DNA of 64,000 bases from positions 89,523 through 153,522 of the forward strand of contig CAVSKC010000001.1 of NCBI GenBank assembly GCA_963728425.1, in the 5' to 3' direction. Origin of the DNA: an uncultured Actinomycetota bacterium (GTDB lineage: Bacteria > Actinomycetota > Actinomycetes > JACCUZ01). Position 1 is the first letter of the stretch, and each line of letters begins with the position of its first letter. Below, piece after piece: positions 61,935 to 64,000 of the stretch. The notes below the pieces were generated by a model. The model was not told the DNA's origin and did not search any database. It saw only the letters and a program-made list of their open reading frames with translations. Both the position numbers and the translations under genes were made by a program.

Positions 61935-62918
61935 GTGACCAGTGAAGCGCTGGCCCACCTCAGCAACAACCTGCTCTACTCCGCGATGGCGGTCTACGCC
62001 GTCGCGATGTACTGCTACGCCGCCGAGCTCGCGTTCGGCACGCCCCGCCGCCGCAGCGCGGAGCAGCCGGACCGGGAGCTCGTCGCAGCCGGTGCCGCAC
62101 CGGCGTACGACGTGCCGGTCTCGACTGCCACAACCGACGAGGACGCGGCCCGCCTGGGCAAGGCCAGTCGGCTGGGCCGGGTGGCGGTCTCGCTGACGGT
62201 GCTGGCCTTCGCGCTGCACGCGTCGTCGGTGCTGACCCGCGGGCTGTCGGCGGGTCGGCCGCCGTGGGGCAACATGTTCGAGTTCTCCACGACCGGGGCA
62301 TTGGCGGTGACCGGCGTCTTCCTGGTGCTGCTGACCCGCAAGGACGTCCGGTACCTCGGCGTCTTCGTCATCCTGCCGGTGCTGCTGACGCTCGGGCTCG
62401 CGGTCGCGGTGCTCTACACCGAGTCGGCCCAGCTGGTGCCGGCGCTCAAGTCGGTGTGGCTGCTCATCCACGTCACGGCCGCGATCATCGCGTCCGGCAT
62501 CTTCACGATCGGGTTCTGCCAGTCGGTCTGCTACCTGGTGCAGGAGCGGCGCGAGCGGGTGCCAGAACCAGGACGTCGTCCATCATTCATGGACCGGCTA
62601 CCGGCTGCCGCCGTGCTGGACCGGTCGGCGTACAAGATGCACGCGTTCGCCTACCCGATCTGGACGTTCGCGGTGATCGCGGGCGCCATCTGGGCGGAGA
62701 ACGCGTGGGGGCGCTACTGGGGCTGGGACCCGAAGGAGACCTGGGCGTTCATCACCTGGCTGGTCTACACGTGCTACCTGCACGCCCGGGCCACGGCGGG
62801 CTGGAAGGGTCGTCGGGCCGCCTACCTCGCCGGGCTGGGCTACGCGACGTTCCTGTTCAACTACCTCGTCGTGAACATCTGGCTGGTCGGGTTCCACTCG
62901 TACGCCGGCGTGGGTTAG
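61935..62918 (+). CDS. ccsB: Cytochrome c-type biogenesis protein CcsB/ResC (heme exporter)
   Basis: WWD-family tryptophan-rich motif WGRYWGWDPKETWAFITW; 327 aa. Confidence 0.85.
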   Translation: MTSEALAHLSNNLLYSAMAVYAVAMYCYAAELAFGTPRRRSAEQPDRELVAAGAAPAYDVPVSTATTDEDAARLGKASRLGRVAVSLTVLAFALHASSVLTRGLSAGRPPWGNMFEFSTTGALAVTGVFLVLLTRKDVRYLGVFVILPVLLTLGLAVAVLYTESAQLVPALKSVWLLIHVTAAIIASGIFTIGFCQSVCYLVQERRERVPEPGRRPSFMDRLPAAAVLDRSAYKMHAFAYPIWTFAVIAGAIWAENAWGRYWGWDPKETWAFITWLVYTCYLHARATAGWKGRRAAYLAGLGYATFLFNYLVVNIWLVGFHSYAGVG

Positions 62919-63229
62919 GCGTCGTCGTCCTTTGGAGGAGGCCGGGGGCGGTTGAGGCCGCGGAGGAAGTCGGGGTCGTCGTCGGGGGCCGTCGGGCGGC
63001 CGGGCCCGTTGTTCGGGCCGGCCAGCCGCGGCGGGAGTCCGGGCAGGCCGCGGCCGCGACGCCCGGCGATCAGCCAGGCGATCGGGCCGACCACCCAGCC
63101 GAACAGGATCACGAGCACCCAGACGAGCTTGGGCAGCCCCTGGACGTCCTCGTCCTTGGTCTGGACGAGGTCGACCATGGCGTAGACCGCCAGGATCAGC
63201 GGCGCGGCGTACAGCAGAACCTTCAGCAT
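62915..63229 (-). CDS. Small membrane protein with PLDc_N-like domain (104 aa)
   Basis: Two TM helices separated by QTKDEDVQGLPKLVWVLVILFGWVVGPIAWLIAGRRGRG; the internal ATG at 63229 was chosen over the extended ORF. Confidence 0.5.
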   Translation of the reverse strand: MLKVLLYAAPLILAVYAMVDLVQTKDEDVQGLPKLVWVLVILFGWVVGPIAWLIAGRRGRGLPGLPPRLAGPNNGPGRPTAPDDDPDFLRGLNRPRPPPKDDDA

Positions 63230-63504
63230 GGGGTGTGGGCGCTCCTCTGCCGTCAGCCTACGTCCGCCGAGCGGGCGCCTTGCGGGCTTAGCGCCGGCGG
63301 GCGGCCCGGCGGGCCTTGCGGGCCTCGTGCCGGTCGGACCGGCGGGAGTCGTCGGCGGCGCGCTGGAGCTCACGGATGTGTGCGCGGGCCAGATCGAGGG
63401 AGAACACGGTGGTGCCTCTACTTTCGTGGTGATGTGGTGGGTGTTGCCTACGATACTAAGGTCACAACGATTGTGGATCAAGTTTTCTTCCCTCAGGAGG
63501 GCCG

Positions 63505-63972
63505 ATGGCCATGGATGACATCGACCGGGTGCTGATCGACGCCCTCCGGCGGGACGGCCGGGCCAGCTGGGCCGAGCTCGGCCGGCTGGTCGGGCTGTCC
63601 GGGCCCAGCGTCACCGAGCGGGTGTCCCGGCTGGAGGCGGCGGGAGTGATCACCGGCTACCACGCTGCGGTCGACCAGGTGGCCCTGGGCCGGTCGGTGG
63701 CCGCGCTGGTGGGCGTGCACCTGTCGGACACCTCGGACCAGGACGCGGTGACCGTGTCGCTGCAGCGGCTCGAGGAGATCGAGGACTGCTGGTTCGTCGC
63801 CGGGGACGAGAGCTTCCTGGTGAAGGTCCGGGTGCCCGACGTGGCCGGCCTGGAGCGGACGCTCTCGCGGCTGCGCCGGATCCGCGGGGTGGCCCGGACC
63901 CGGACCACGGTCGTGCTGTCGACCAAGTGGGAGGGCCGGACCGCTCCGCCGGAGGAGGGTCTGCGCCGTTAG
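63505..63972 (+). CDS. Lrp/AsnC family transcriptional regulator
   Basis: N-terminal HTH (DRVLIDALRRDGRASWAELGRLVGLSGPSVTERV) and C-terminal RAM domain; AGGAGGG RBS. Confidence 0.85.
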   Translation: MAMDDIDRVLIDALRRDGRASWAELGRLVGLSGPSVTERVSRLEAAGVITGYHAAVDQVALGRSVAALVGVHLSDTSDQDAVTVSLQRLEEIEDCWFVAGDESFLVKVRVPDVAGLERTLSRLRRIRGVARTRTTVVLSTKWEGRTAPPEEGLRR

Positions 63973-64000
63973 CCCCGCAGTCCCCGGCGTACGACGGTCA

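Overview
High-GC (about 70%) actinobacterial chromosomal segment carrying roughly 60 protein genes and no rRNA, tRNA, CRISPR array or transposase. Gene content and order resemble core mycobacterial and Streptomyces loci. There is an XPB helicase plus a large WYL-domain partner protein. There is a small HTH protein, ribosomal protein bS22, a GalE2-like epimerase and an Rv0502-like acyltransferase in the M. tuberculosis order. There is a sigD-rsdA ECF sigma / anti-sigma pair. There is a rex-hemA-hemC-cobA/hemD-hemB-hemL block followed by tlpA/resA-ccdA-resB-ccsB cytochrome c maturation genes. The accessory content includes a lone WXG100 (ESAT-6-like) gene directly upstream of two tandem giant FtsX-like permeases, a Tat-secreted M36 fungalysin-type metalloprotease inserted into the conserved synteny, a LiaRS-like two-component system with an ABC-2 exporter, a MacAB-like efflux system, a sulfotransferase, a HAD-LarE fusion, HelD plus an HD phosphohydrolase, a GGDEF-EAL sensor and a very large adenylate cyclase-AAA-TPR protein. 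The most interesting features are non-coding. A 60-bp tandem repeat with perfect palindromes sits in a 650-bp gene-free gap downstream of rsdA, and the same composite motif recurs upstream of the WXG100 gene. Two further short motifs (GCACCTACC and GGAACCGTGATCA) recur only in intergenic DNA. At least 18 apparent single-nucleotide frameshifts interrupt otherwise recognisable genes, including essential hemA, hemB and resB. This points to indel sequencing errors, or less likely decay, and should be checked before any pseudogene interpretation. All calls rest on reading the six-frame translations and the nucleotide sequence. Family assignments are from remembered motifs, not database searches.
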